Assembly (NCBI GenBank): GCA_964016885.1
Contig: OZ024756.1
Coordinates: 3,596,001 to 3,660,000, forward strand
Reading direction: 5' to 3'
Source of the DNA: Eledone cirrhosa
Taxonomy: Eukaryota
Length of the DNA: 64,000 nt
Under the pieces are notes generated by a model. The model was not told the origin of the DNA and made no database searches. It saw only the letters and a program-made list of their open reading frames with translations. Positions 19,427 through 31,400 of the stretch are shown piece by piece. How positions within the stretch are numbered: position 1 is the first letter of the stretch; every line of letters begins with the position of its first letter. The position numbers were made by a program, and so were the translations under genes.

Positions 19427-22400
19427 GTGTAGGAAGACTAAAGTGGTTTACAGTGGTGGTGTGGTGGAGGAAGACTAAAGGGGTTTACAGTGGTGGAGTG
19501 GTGGAGGAAGACTAAAGGGTTTACAGTGGTGGAGTGGTGGAGGAAGACTAAAGGGGTTTACAGTGGTGGAGTGGTGGAGGAAGACTAAAGAGGTTTACAG
19601 TGGTGGAGTGGTGGAGGAAGACTAAAGGGTTTACAGTGGTGGAGTGGTGGAGGAAGACTAAAGTGGTGTACAATGGTGGAGTGGTGGAGGAAGACTAAAG
19701 GGGTTTACAGTGGTGGTGTGGTGGAGGAAGACTAAAGGGGTTTACAGTGGTGGAGTGGTGGAGGAAGACTAAAGGGGTTTACAGTGGTGGTGTGGTGGAG
19801 GAAGACTAAAGGGTTTACAGTGGTGGTGTGGTGGAGGAAGACTAAAGTGGTGTACAATGGTGGAGTGGTGGAGGAAGACTAAAGGGGTTTACAGTGGTGG
19901 TGTGGTGGAGGAAGACTAAAGGGGTTTACAGTGGTGGAGTGGTGGAGGAAGACTAAAGGGGTTTACAGTGGTGGAGTGGTGGAGGAAGACTAAAGTGGTT
20001 TACAATGGTGGAGCGGTGGAGGAAGACTAAAGTGGTTTACAGTGGTGGAGTGGTGAAGGAAGACTAAAGGGGTTTACAGTGGTGGAGTGGTGGAGGAAGA
20101 CTAAAGTGGTTTACAGTGGTGGAGTGGTGGAGGAAGACTAAAGTGGTTTACAGTGGTGGAGTGGTGGAGGAAGACTAAAGTGGTTTACAGTGGTGGAGTG
20201 GTGAAGGAAGACTAAAGTGGTTTACAGTGGTGGAGTGGTGGAGGAAGACTAAAGTGGTTTACAGTGGTGGTGTGGTGGAGGAAGACTAAAGGGGTTTACA
20301 GTGGTGGTGTGGTGGAGGAAGACTAAAGGGGTTTACAGTGGTGGTGTGGTGGAGGAAGACTAAAGGGGTTTACAGTGGTGGAGTGCTGGAGGAAGACTAA
20401 AGGGGTTTACAGTGGTGGAGTGGTGGAGGAAGGCTAAAGTGGTTTACAGTGGTGGTGTGGTGCAGGAAGACTAAAGTTGTTTACAGTGGTGGTGTGGTGT
20501 AGGAAGACTAAAGGGGTTTACAGTGGTGGAGTGGTGGTGGAAGACTAAAGTCGTTTACAGTGGTGGTGTGGTGGAGGAAGACTAAAGTGGTTTACAGTGG
20601 TGGTGTGGTGGAGGAAGACTAAAGGGGTTTACAGTGGCGGTGTGGTGGAGGAAGACTAAAGTGGTTTACAGTGGCGGAGTGGTGGAGGAAGACTAAAGTG
20701 GTTTACAGTGGTGGAGTGGTGGAGGAAGACTAAAGGGGTTTACAGTGGTCGAGTGGTGGAGGAAGACTAAAGGGGTTTACAGTGGTGGAGTGGTGGAGGA
20801 GGTGGACTAAAGGGGTTTACAGTGGTGGAGTGGTGGAGGAAGACTAAAGGGGTTTACAGTGGTGGTGTGGTGGAGGAAGACTAAAGGGGTTTACAATGGT
20901 GGAGTGGTGGAGGAAGACTAAAGTGGTTTACAGTGGTGGAGTGGTGGAGGAAGACTAAAGGGGTTTACAGTGGTGGAGTGGTGGAGGAAGACTAAAGTGG
21001 TTTACAGTGGTGGTGTGGTGGAGGAAGACTAAAGTGGTTTACAGTGGTGGTGTGGTGGAGGAAGACTAAAGTGGTTTACAGTGGTGGTGTGGTGTAGGAA
21101 GACTAAGTGGTGTACAATGGTGGAGTGGTGGAGGAAGACTAAAGTGGTTTACAGTGGTGGAGTGGTGGAGGAAGACTAAAGTGGTTTACAATGGTGGGGT
21201 GGTGGAGGAGGTGGACTAAAGGGGTTTACAGTGGTTGACTGGTGGGGGAGGACTAAAGGGGTTTACAGTGGTGGAGTGGTGGAGGAGGTGGACTAAAGGG
21301 GTTTACAGTGGTGGAGTGGTGGAGGAGGTGGACTAAAGGGGTTTACAATGGTGGAGTGGTGGAGGAAGACTAAAGGGGTTTACAGTGGTGGTATGGTGGA
21401 GCAAGACTAAAGGGTTTTACAGTGGTGGAGTGGTGGAGGAAGACTAAAGTGGTTTACAGTGGTGGAGTGGTGGAGGAGGTGGACTAAAGGGGTTTACAGT
21501 GGTGGAGTGTTGGAGGAAGACTAAAGGGGTTTACAGTGGTGGTGTGGTGGAGGAAGACTAAAGGGGTTTACAGTGGTGGAGTGGTGGAGGAAGACTAAAG
21601 GGGTTTACAGTGGTGGTGTGGTGGAGGAAGACTAAAGGGGTTTACAGTGGTGGAGTGGTGGAGGAAGACTAAAGGGTTTTACAGTGGTGGAGTGGTGGAG
21701 GAAGACTAAAGTGGTTTAGAGTGGTGGAGTGGTGGAAGAGGTGGACTAAAGGGGTTTACAGTGGTGGAGTGGTGGAGGAGGTGGACTAAAGGGGTTTACA
21801 GTGGTGGAGTGGTGGAGGAAGACTAAAGGGGTTTACAGTGGTGGAGTGGTGGAGGAAGACTAAAGTGGTTTACCGTGGTGGAGTGGTGGAGGAAGACTAA
21901 AGTGGTTTACAGTGGTGGAGTGGTGGAGGAAGACTAAAGTGGTTTACAGTGGTGGAGTGGTGGAGGAGGTGGACTAAAGGGGTTTACAGTGGTGGAGTGG
22001 TGGAGGAAGACTAAAGGGGTTTACAGTGGTGGTGTGGTGGAGGAAGACTAAAGGGGTTTACAGTGGTGGAGTGGTGGAGGAAGACTAAAGTGGTTTACCG
22101 TGGTGGAGTGGTGGAGGAAGACTAAAGTGGTTTACAGTGGTGGAGTGGTGGAGGAAGACTAAAGTGGTTTACAGTGGTGGAGTGGTGGAGGAGGTGGACT
22201 AAAGGGGTTTACAGTGGTGGAGTGGTGGAGGAAGACTAAAGGGGTTTACAGTGGTGGTGTGGTGGAGGAAGACTAAAGGGGTTTACAGTGGTGGAGTGGT
22301 GGAGGAAGACTAAAGGGGTTTACAGTGGTGGAGTGGTGGAGGAAGACTAAAGGGGTTTACAGTGGTGGAGTGGTGGAGGAAGACTAAAGGGGTTTACAGT

Positions 22401-25400
22401 GGTGGAGTGGTGGAGGAAGACTAAAGGGGTTTACAGTGGTGGAGTGGTGGAGGAAGACTAAAGGGGTTTACAGTGGTGGAGTGGTGGAGGAAGACTAAAG
22501 GGATTTACAGTGGTGGAGTGGTGGAGGAAGACTAAAGGGGTTTAAAGTGGTGGAGTGGTGGAGGAAGACTAAAGGGGTTTACAGTGGTGGAGTGGTGGAG
22601 GAGGACTAAAGTGGTTTACAGTGGTGGAGTGGTGGAGGAGGACTAAAGGGGTTTACAGTGGTGGAGTGGTGGAGGAGGACTAAAGGGGTTTACAGTGGTG
22701 GAGTGGTGGAGGAAGATTAAAGTGGTTTACAGTGGTGGTGTGGTGGAGGAAGACTAAAGTGGTGGAGTGGTGGAGGAAGACTAAAGAGGTTTACAGTGGT
22801 GGAGTGGTGAAGGGGGTGGACTAAAGGGGTTTACAGTGGTGGAGTGGTGGAGGAGGACTAAAGTGGTTTACAGTGGTGGAGTGGTGGAGGAGGTGGACTA
22901 AAGGGGTTTACAGTGGTGGAGTGGTGGAGGAGGTGGACTAAAGGGGTTTACAGTGGTGGAGTGGTGGAGGAAGACTAAAGGGGTTTACAGTGGTGGAGTG
23001 GTGGAGGAAGACTAAAGTGGTTTACAGTGGTGGAGTGGTGGAGGAAGACTAAAGTGGTTTACAGTGGTGGAGTGGTGGAGGAAGACTAAAGTGGTTTACA
23101 GTGGTGGAGTGGTGGAGGAGGTGGACTAAAGGGGTTTACAATGGTGGAGTGGTGGAGGTAGACTAAAGTGGTTTACGGTGGTGGAGTGGTGGAGGAAGAC
23201 TAAAGAAGTTTACAGTGGTGGAGTGGTGGAGGAAGACTAAAGTGGTTTACAGTGGTGGTGTGGTGGAGGAAGACTAAAGTGGTTTACAGTGGTGGTGTGG
23301 TGGAGGAAGACTAAAGTGGTTTACAGTGGTGGTGTGGTGTAGGAAGACTAAAGTGGTCTACAATGGTGGAGTGGTGGAGGAAGACTAAAGTGGTTTAGAG
23401 TGGTGGAGTGGTGGAGGAAGACTAAAGTGGTTTACAATGGTGGAGTGGTGGAGGAGGTGGACTAAAGGGTTTTACAGTGGTGGAGTGGTGGAGGAAGACT
23501 AAAGGGGTTTACAGTGTGGAGTGGTGGAGGAGGTGGACTAAAGGGGTTTACAATGGTGGAGTGGTGGAGGAAGACTAAAGGGGTTTACAGTGGTGGTGTG
23601 GTGGAGCAAGACTAAAGGGTTTTACAGTGGTGGAGTGGTGGAGGAAGACTAAAGGTGTTTACAGTGGTGGTGTGGTGGAGGAAGACTAAAGGGGTTTACG
23701 TTGGTGGAGTGGTGGAGGAAGACTAAAGATTTTACAGTGGTGGAGTGGTGGAGGAAGACTAAAGTGGTTTACAGTGGTGGAGTGGTGGAGGAGGTGGACT
23801 AAAGGGGTTTACAGTGGTGGAGTGGTGGAGGAAGACAAAAGTGTTTTACAGTGGTGGAGTGGTGGAGGAAGACTAAAGTGGTTTACAGTGGTGGAGTGGT
23901 GGAGGAAGACTAAAGTGGTTTACAATGGTGGAGCGGTGGAGGAAGACTAAAGTGGTTTACAGTGGTGGAGTGGTGGAGGAAGACTAAAGTGGTTTACAGT
24001 GGTGGAGTGGTGAAGGAAGACTAAAGTGGTTTACAGTGGTGGAGTGGTGGAGGAAGACTAAAGTGGTTTACAGTGGTGGTTTGGTGGAGGAAGACTAAAG
24101 GGGTTTACAGTGGTGGTGTGGTGGAGGAAGGCTAAAGGGGTTTACAGTGGTGGTGTGGTGGAGGAAGACTAAAGGGGTTTACAGTGGTGGAGTGGTGGAG
24201 GAAGACTAAAGGGGTTTACAGTGGTGGAGTGGTGGAGGAAGACTAAAGTGGTTTACAGTGGTGGTGTGGTGGAGGAAGACTAAAGTGGTTTACAGTGGTG
24301 GTGTGGTGTAGGAAGACTAAAGGGGTTTACAGTGGTGGAGTGGTGGTGGAAGACTAAAGTCGTTTACAGTGGTGGTGTGGTTGAGGAAGACTAAAGTGGT
24401 TTACAGTGGTGGTGTGGTGGAGGAAGACTAAAGGGGTTTACAGTGGTGGTGTGGTGGAGGAAGACTAAAGTGGTTTACTGTGGCGGAGTGGTGGAGGAAG
24501 ACTAAAGTGGTTTACAGTGGTGGAGTGGTGGAGGAAGACTAAAGGGGTTTACAGTGGTGGAGTGGTGGAGGAAGACTAAAGTGGTTTACAATGGTGGAGT
24601 GGTGGAGGAGGTGGACTAAAGGGGTTTACAGTGGTGGAGTGGTGGAGGAAGACTAAAGGGGTTGACAGTGTGGAGTGGTGGAGGAGGTGGACTAAAGGGG
24701 TTTACAATGGTGGAGTGGTGGAGGAAGACTAAAGGGGTTTACAGTGGTGGTGTGGTGGAGCAAGACTAAAGGGTTTTACAGTGGTGGAGTGGTGGAGGAA
24801 GACTAAAGGTGTTTACAGTGGTGGTGTGGTGGAGGAAGACTAAAGGGGTTTACGTTGGTGGAGTGGTGGAGGAAGACTAAAGATTTTACAGTGGTGGAGT
24901 GGTGGAGGAAGACTAAAGTGGTTTACAGTGGTGGAGTGGTGGAGGAGGTGGACTAAAGGGGTTTACAGTGGTGGAGTGGTGGAGGAAGACTAAAGGGGTT
25001 TACAGTGGTGGAGTGGTGGAGGAAGACTAAAGTGGTTTACAATGGTGGAGCGGTGGAGGAAGACTAAAGTGGTTTACAGTGGTGGAGTGGTGGAGGAAGA
25101 CTAAAGTGGTTTACAGTGGTGGAGTGGTGAAGGAAGACTAAAGGGGTTTACAGTGGTGGAGTGGTGGAGGAAGACTAAAGTGGTTTACAGTGGTGGAGTG
25201 GTGGAGGAAGACTAAAGTGGTTTACAGTGGTGGAGTGGTGGAGGAAGACTAAAGTGGTTTACAATGGTGGAGCGGTGGAGGAAGACTAAAGTGGTTTACA
25301 GTGGTGGAGTGGTGGAGGAAGACTAAAGTGGTTTACAGTGGTGGAGTGGTGAAGGAAGACTAAAGTGGTTTACAGTGGTGGAGTGGTGGAGGAAGACTAA

Positions 25401-28400
25401 AGTGGTTTACAGTGGTGGTTTGGTGGAGGAAGACTAAAGGGGTTTACAGTGGTGGTGTGGTGGAGGAAGACTAAAGGGGTTTACAGTGGTGGTGTGGTGG
25501 AGGAAGACTAAAGGGGTTTACAGTGGTGGAGTGGTGGAGGAAGACTAAAGGGGTTTACAGTGGTGGAGTGGTGGAGGAAGACTAAAGTGGTTTACAGTGG
25601 TGGTGTGGTGGAGGAAGACTAAAGTGGTTTACAGTGGTGGTGTGGTGTAGGAAGACTAAAGGGGTTTACAGTGCTGGAGTGGTGGTGGAAGACTAAAGTC
25701 GTTTACAGTGGTGGTGTGGTTGAGGAAGACTAAAGTGGTTTAAAGTGGTGGTGTGGTGGAGGAAGACTAAAGGGGTTTACAGTGGTGGTGTGATGGAGGA
25801 AAACTAAAGTGGTTTACAGTGGCGGAGTGGTGGAGGAAGACTAAAGTGGTTTACAGTGGTGGAGTGGTGGAGGAAGACTAAAGGGGTTTACAGTGGTCGA
25901 GTGGTGGAGGAAGACTAAAGGGGTTTACAGTGGTGGAGTGATGGAGGAGGTGGACTAAAGGGGTTTACAGTGGTGGAGTGGTGGAGGAGGACTAAAGTGG
26001 TTTACAGTGGTGGTGTGGTGGAGGAGGACTAAAGTGGTTTATAGTGGTGGTGTGGTGGAGGAGGACTAAAGTGGTTTACAGTGGTGGTGTGGTGGAGGAA
26101 GACTAAAGTGGTTTACAGTGGTGGAGTGGTGGAGGAGGTGGACTAAAGGGGTTTACAATGGTGGAGTGGTGGAGGTAGACTAAAGTGGTTTACGGTGGTG
26201 GAGTGGTGGAGGAAGACTAAAGGGGTTTATAGTGGTGGAGTGGTGGAGGAAGACTAAAGTGGTTTACAGTGGTGGAGTGGTGGAGGAGGTGGACTAAAGT
26301 GGTTTACAATGGTGGAGTGGTGGAGGTAGACTAAAGTGGTTTACGGTGGTGGTGTGGTGGAGGAAGGCTAAAGTGGTTTACAGTGGTGGTGTGGTGGAGG
26401 AAGACTAAAGTGGTTTACAGTGGTGGTGTGGTGTAGGAAGACTAAAGTGGTGTACAATGGTGGAGTGGTGGAGGAAGACTAAAGTGGTTTACAGTGGTGG
26501 AGTGGTGGAGGAAGACTAAAGTGGTTTACAATGGTGGAGTGGTGGAGGAGGTGGACTAAAGGGGTTTACAGTGGTGGAGTGGTGGAGGAGGACTAAAGGG
26601 GTTTACAGTGGTGGAGTGGTGGAGGAGGTGGACTAAAGGGGTTTACAGTGGTGGAGTGGTGGAGGAGGTGGACTAAAGGGTTTTACAATGGTGGAGTGGT
26701 GGAGGAAGACTAAAGGGGTTTACAGTGGTGGTGTGGTGGAGCAAGACTAAAGGGTTTTACAGTGGTGGAGTGGTGGAGGAAGACTAAAGTGGTTTACAGT
26801 GGTGGAGTGGTGGAGGAGGTGGACTAAAGGGGTTTACAGTGGTGGAGTGGTGGAGGAAGACTAAAGGGGTTTACAGTGGTGGAGTGGTGGAGGAAGACTA
26901 AAGGGGTTTACAGTGGTGGTGTGGTGGAGGAAGACTAAAGGGGTTTACAGTGGTGGAGTGGTGGAGGAAGACTAAAGGGTTTTACAGTGGTGGAGTGGTG
27001 GAGGAAGACTAAAGTGGTTTACAGTGGTGGAGTGGTGGAGGAGGTGGACTAAAGGGGTTTACAGTGGTGGAGTGGTGGAGGAGGTGGACTAAAGGGGTTT
27101 ACAGTGGTGGAGTGGTGGAGGAGGACTAAAGGGGTTTACAGTGGTGGAGTGGTGGAGGAGGTGGACTAAAGGGGTTTACAGTGGTGGAGTGCTGGAGGAG
27201 GTGGACTAAAGGGGTTTACAATGGTGGAGTGGTGGAGGAAGACTAAAGGGGTTTACAGTGGTGGAGTGGTGGAGGAAGACTAAAGTGGTTTACAGTGGTG
27301 GAGTGTTGGAGGAAGACTAAAGTGGTTTACAGTGGTGGAGTGGTGGAGGAAGACTAAAGTGGTTTACAGTGGTGGTGTGGTGGAGGAGGTGGACTAAAGG
27401 GGTTTACAGTGGTGGAGTGGTGGAGGAGGTGGACTAAAGGGGTTTACAGTGGTGGAGTGGTGGAGGAAGACTAAAGGGGTTTACAGTGGTGGAGTGGTGG
27501 AGGAAGACTAAAGTGGTTTACAGTGGTGGAGTGGTGAGGAAGACTAAAGTGGTTTACAGTGGTGGAGTGGTGGAGGAAGACTAAAGTGGTTTACAGTGGT
27601 GGAGTGGTGGAGGAGGTGGACTAAAGGGGTTTACAGTGGTGGTGTGGTGGAGGAAGACTAAAGTGGTTTACAGTGGTGGTGTGGTGTAGGAAGACTAAAG
27701 GGGTTTACAGTGGTGGAGTGGTGGTGGAAGACTAAAATCGTTTACAGTGGTGGTGTGGTTGAGGAAGACTAAAGTGGTTTAAAGTGGTGGTGTGGTGGAG
27801 GAAGACTAAAGGGGTTTACAGTGGTGGTGTGATGGAGGAAGACTAAAGTGGTTTACAGTGGCGGAGTGGTGGAGGAAGACTAAAGTGGTTTACAGTGGTG
27901 GAGTGGTGGAGGAAGACTAAAGGGGTTTACAGTGGTCGAGTGGTGGAGGAAGACTAAAGGGGTTTACAGTGGTGGAGTGATGGAGGAAGACTAAAGTGGT
28001 TTACAGTGGTGGAGTGGTGGAGGAAGACTAAAGTGGTTTACAATGGTGGAGCGGTGGAGGAAGACTAAAGTGGTTTACAGTGGTGGAGTGGTGGAGGAAG
28101 ACTAAAGTGGTTTACAGTGGTGGAGTGGTGAAGGAAGACTAAAGTGGTTTACAGTGGTGGAGTGGTGGAGGAAGACTAAAGTGGTTTACAGTGGTGGTTT
28201 GGTGGAGGAAGACTAAAGGGGTTTACAGTGGTGGTGTGGTGGAGGAAGACTAAAGGGGTTTACAGTGGTGGTGTGGTGGAGGAAGACTAAAGGGGTTTAC
28301 AGTGGTGGAGTGGTGGAGGAAGACTAAAGGGGTTTACAGTGGTTGAGTGGTGGAGGAAGACTAAAGGGGTTTACAGTGGTCGAGTGGTGGAGGAAGACTA

Positions 28401-31400
28401 AAGGGGTTTACAGTGGTGGAGTGATGGAGGAGGTGGACTAAAGGGGTTTACAGTGGTGGAGTGGTGGAGGAGGACTAAAGTGGTTTACAGTGGTGGTGTG
28501 GTGGAGGAGGACTAAAGTGGTTTATAGTGGTGGTGTGGTGGAGGAGGACTAAAGTGGTTTACAGTGGTGGTGTGGTGGAGGAAGACTAAAGTGGTTTACA
28601 GTGGTGGAGTGGTGGAGGAGGTGGACTAAAGGGGTTTACAATGGTGGAGTGGTGGAGGTAGACTAAAGTGGTTTACGGTGGTGGAGTGGTGGAGGAAGAC
28701 TAAAGGGGTTTACAGTGGTGGAGTGGTGGAGGAAGACTAAAGTGGTTTACAGTGGTGGAGTGGTGGAGGAGGTGGACTAAAGTGGTTTACAATGGTGGAG
28801 TGGTGGAGGTAGACTAAAGTGGTTTACGGTGGTGGTGTGGTGGAGGAAGGCTAAAGTGGTTTACAGTGGTGGTGTGGTGGAAGAAGACTAAAGTGGTTTA
28901 CAGTGGTGGTGTGGTGTAGGAAGACTAAAGTGGTGTACAATGGTGGAGTGGTGGAGGAAGACTAAAGTGGTTTACAGTGGTGGAGTGGTGGAGGAAGACT
29001 AGAGTGGTTTACAATGGTGGAGTGGTGGAGGAGGTGGACTAAAGGGGTTTACAGTGGTGGAGTGGTGGAGGAGGACTAAAGGGGTTTACAGTGGTGGAGT
29101 GGTGGAGGAGGTGGACTAAAGGGGTTTACAATGGTGGAGTGGTGGAGGTAGACTAAAGTGGTTTACGGTGGTGGAGTGGTGGAGGAAGACTAAAGGGGTT
29201 TATAGTGGTGGAGTGGTGGAGGAAGACTAAAGTGGTTTACAGTGGTGGAGTGGTGGAGGAGGTGGACTAAAGTGGTTTACAATGGTGGAGTGGTGGAGGT
29301 AGACTAAAGTGGTTTACGGTGGTGGTGTGGTGGAGGAAGGCTAAAGTGGTTTACAGTGGTGGTGTGGTGGAGGAAGACTAAAGTGGTTTACAGTGGTGGT
29401 GTGGTGTAGGAAGACTAAAGTGGTGTACAATGGTGGAGTGGTGGAGGAAGACTAAAGTGGTTTACAGTGGTGGAGTGGTGGAGGAAGACTAAAGTGGTTT
29501 ACAATGGTGGAGTGGTGGAGGAGGTGGACTAAAGGGGTTTACAGTGGTGGAGTGGTGGAGGAGGACTAAAGGGGTTTACAGTGGTGGAGTGGTGGAGGAG
29601 GTGGACTAAAGGGGTTTACAGTGGTGGAGTGGTGGAGGAGGTGGACTAAAGGGGTTTACAATGGTGGAGTGGTGGAGGAAGACTAAAGGGGTTTACAGTG
29701 GTGGTGTGGTGGAGCAAGACTAAAGGGTTTTACAGTGGTGGAGTGGTGGAGGAAGACTAAAGTGGTTTACAGTGGTGGAGTGGTGGAGGAGGTGGACTAA
29801 AGGGGTTTACAGTGGTGGAGTGGTGGAGGAAGACTAAAGGGGTTTACAGTGGTGGAGTGGTGGAGGAAGACTAAAGGGGTTTACAGTGGTGGTGTGGTGG
29901 AGGAAGACTAAAGGGGTTTACAGTGGTGGAGTGGTGGAGGAAGACTAAAGGGTTTTACAGTGGTGGAGTGGTGGAGGAAGACTAAAGTGGTTTACAGTGG
30001 TGGAGTGGTGGAGGAGGTGGACTAAAGGGGTTTACAGTGGTGGAGTGGTGGAGGAGGTGGACTAAAGGGGTTTACAGTGGTGGAGTGGTGGAGGAGGACT
30101 AAAGGGGTTTACAGTGGTGGAGTGGTGGAGGAGGTGGACTAAAGGGGTTTACAGTGGTGGAGTGCTGGAGGAGGTGGACTAAAGGGGTTTACAATGGTGG
30201 AGTGGTGGAGGAAGACTAAAGGGGTTTACAGTGGTGGAGTGGTGGAGGAAGACTAAAGTGGTTTACAGTGGTGGAGTGTTGGAGGAAGACTAAAGTGGTT
30301 TACAGTGGTGGAGTGGTGGAGGAAGACTAAAGTGGTTTACAGTGGTGGTGTGGTGGAGGAGGTGGACTAAAGGGGTTTACAGTGGTGGAGTGGTGGAGGA
30401 GGTGGACTAAAGGGGTTTACAGTGGTGGAGTGGTGGAGGAAGACTAAAGGGGTTTACAGTGGTGGAGTGGTGGAGGAAGACAAAAGTGGTTTACAGTGGT
30501 GGAGTGGTGGAGGAAGACTAAAGTGGTTTACAGTGGTGGAGTGGTGGAGGAAGACTAAAGTGGTTTACAGTGGTGGAGTGGTGGAGGAGGTGGACTAAAG
30601 GGGTTTACAGTGGTGGTGTGGTGGAGGAAGACTAAAGTGGTTTACAGTGGTGGTGTGGTGTAGGAAGACTAAAGGGGTTTACAGTGGTGGAGTGGTGGTG
30701 GAAGACTAAAATCGTTTACAGTGGTGGTGTGGTTGAGGAAGACTAAAGTGGTTTAAAGTGGTGGTGTGGTGGAGGAAGACTAAAGGGGTTTACAGTGGTG
30801 GTGTGATGGAGGAAGACTAAAGTGGTTTACAGTGGCGGAGTGGTGGAGGAAGACTAAAGTGGTTTACAGTGGTGGAGTGGTGGAGGAAGACTAAAGGGGT
30901 TTACAGTGGTCGAGTGGTGGAGGAAGACTAAAGGGGTTTACAGTGGTGGAGTGATGGAGGAAGACTAAAGTGGTTTACAGTGGTGGAGTGGTGGAGGAAG
31001 ACTAAAGTGGTTTACAATGGTGGAGCGGTGGAGGAAGACTAAAGTGGTTTACAGTGGTGGAGTGGTGGAGGAAGACTAAAGTGGTTTACAGTGGTGGAGT
31101 GGTGAAGGAAGACTAAAGTGGTTTACAGTGGTGGAGTGGTGGAGGAAGACTAAAGTGGTTTACAGTGGTGGTTTGGTGGAGGAAGACTAAAGGGGTTTAC
31201 AGTGGTGGTGTGGTGGAGGAAGACTAAAGGGGTTTACAGTGGTGGTGTGGTGGAGGAAGACTAAAGGGGTTTACAGTGGTGGAGTGGTGGAGGAAGACTA
31301 AAGGGGTTTACAGTGGTTGAGTGGTGGAGGAAGACTAAAGGGGTTTACAGTGGTCGAGTGGTGGAGGAAGACTAAAGGGGTTTACAGTGGTGGAGTGATG

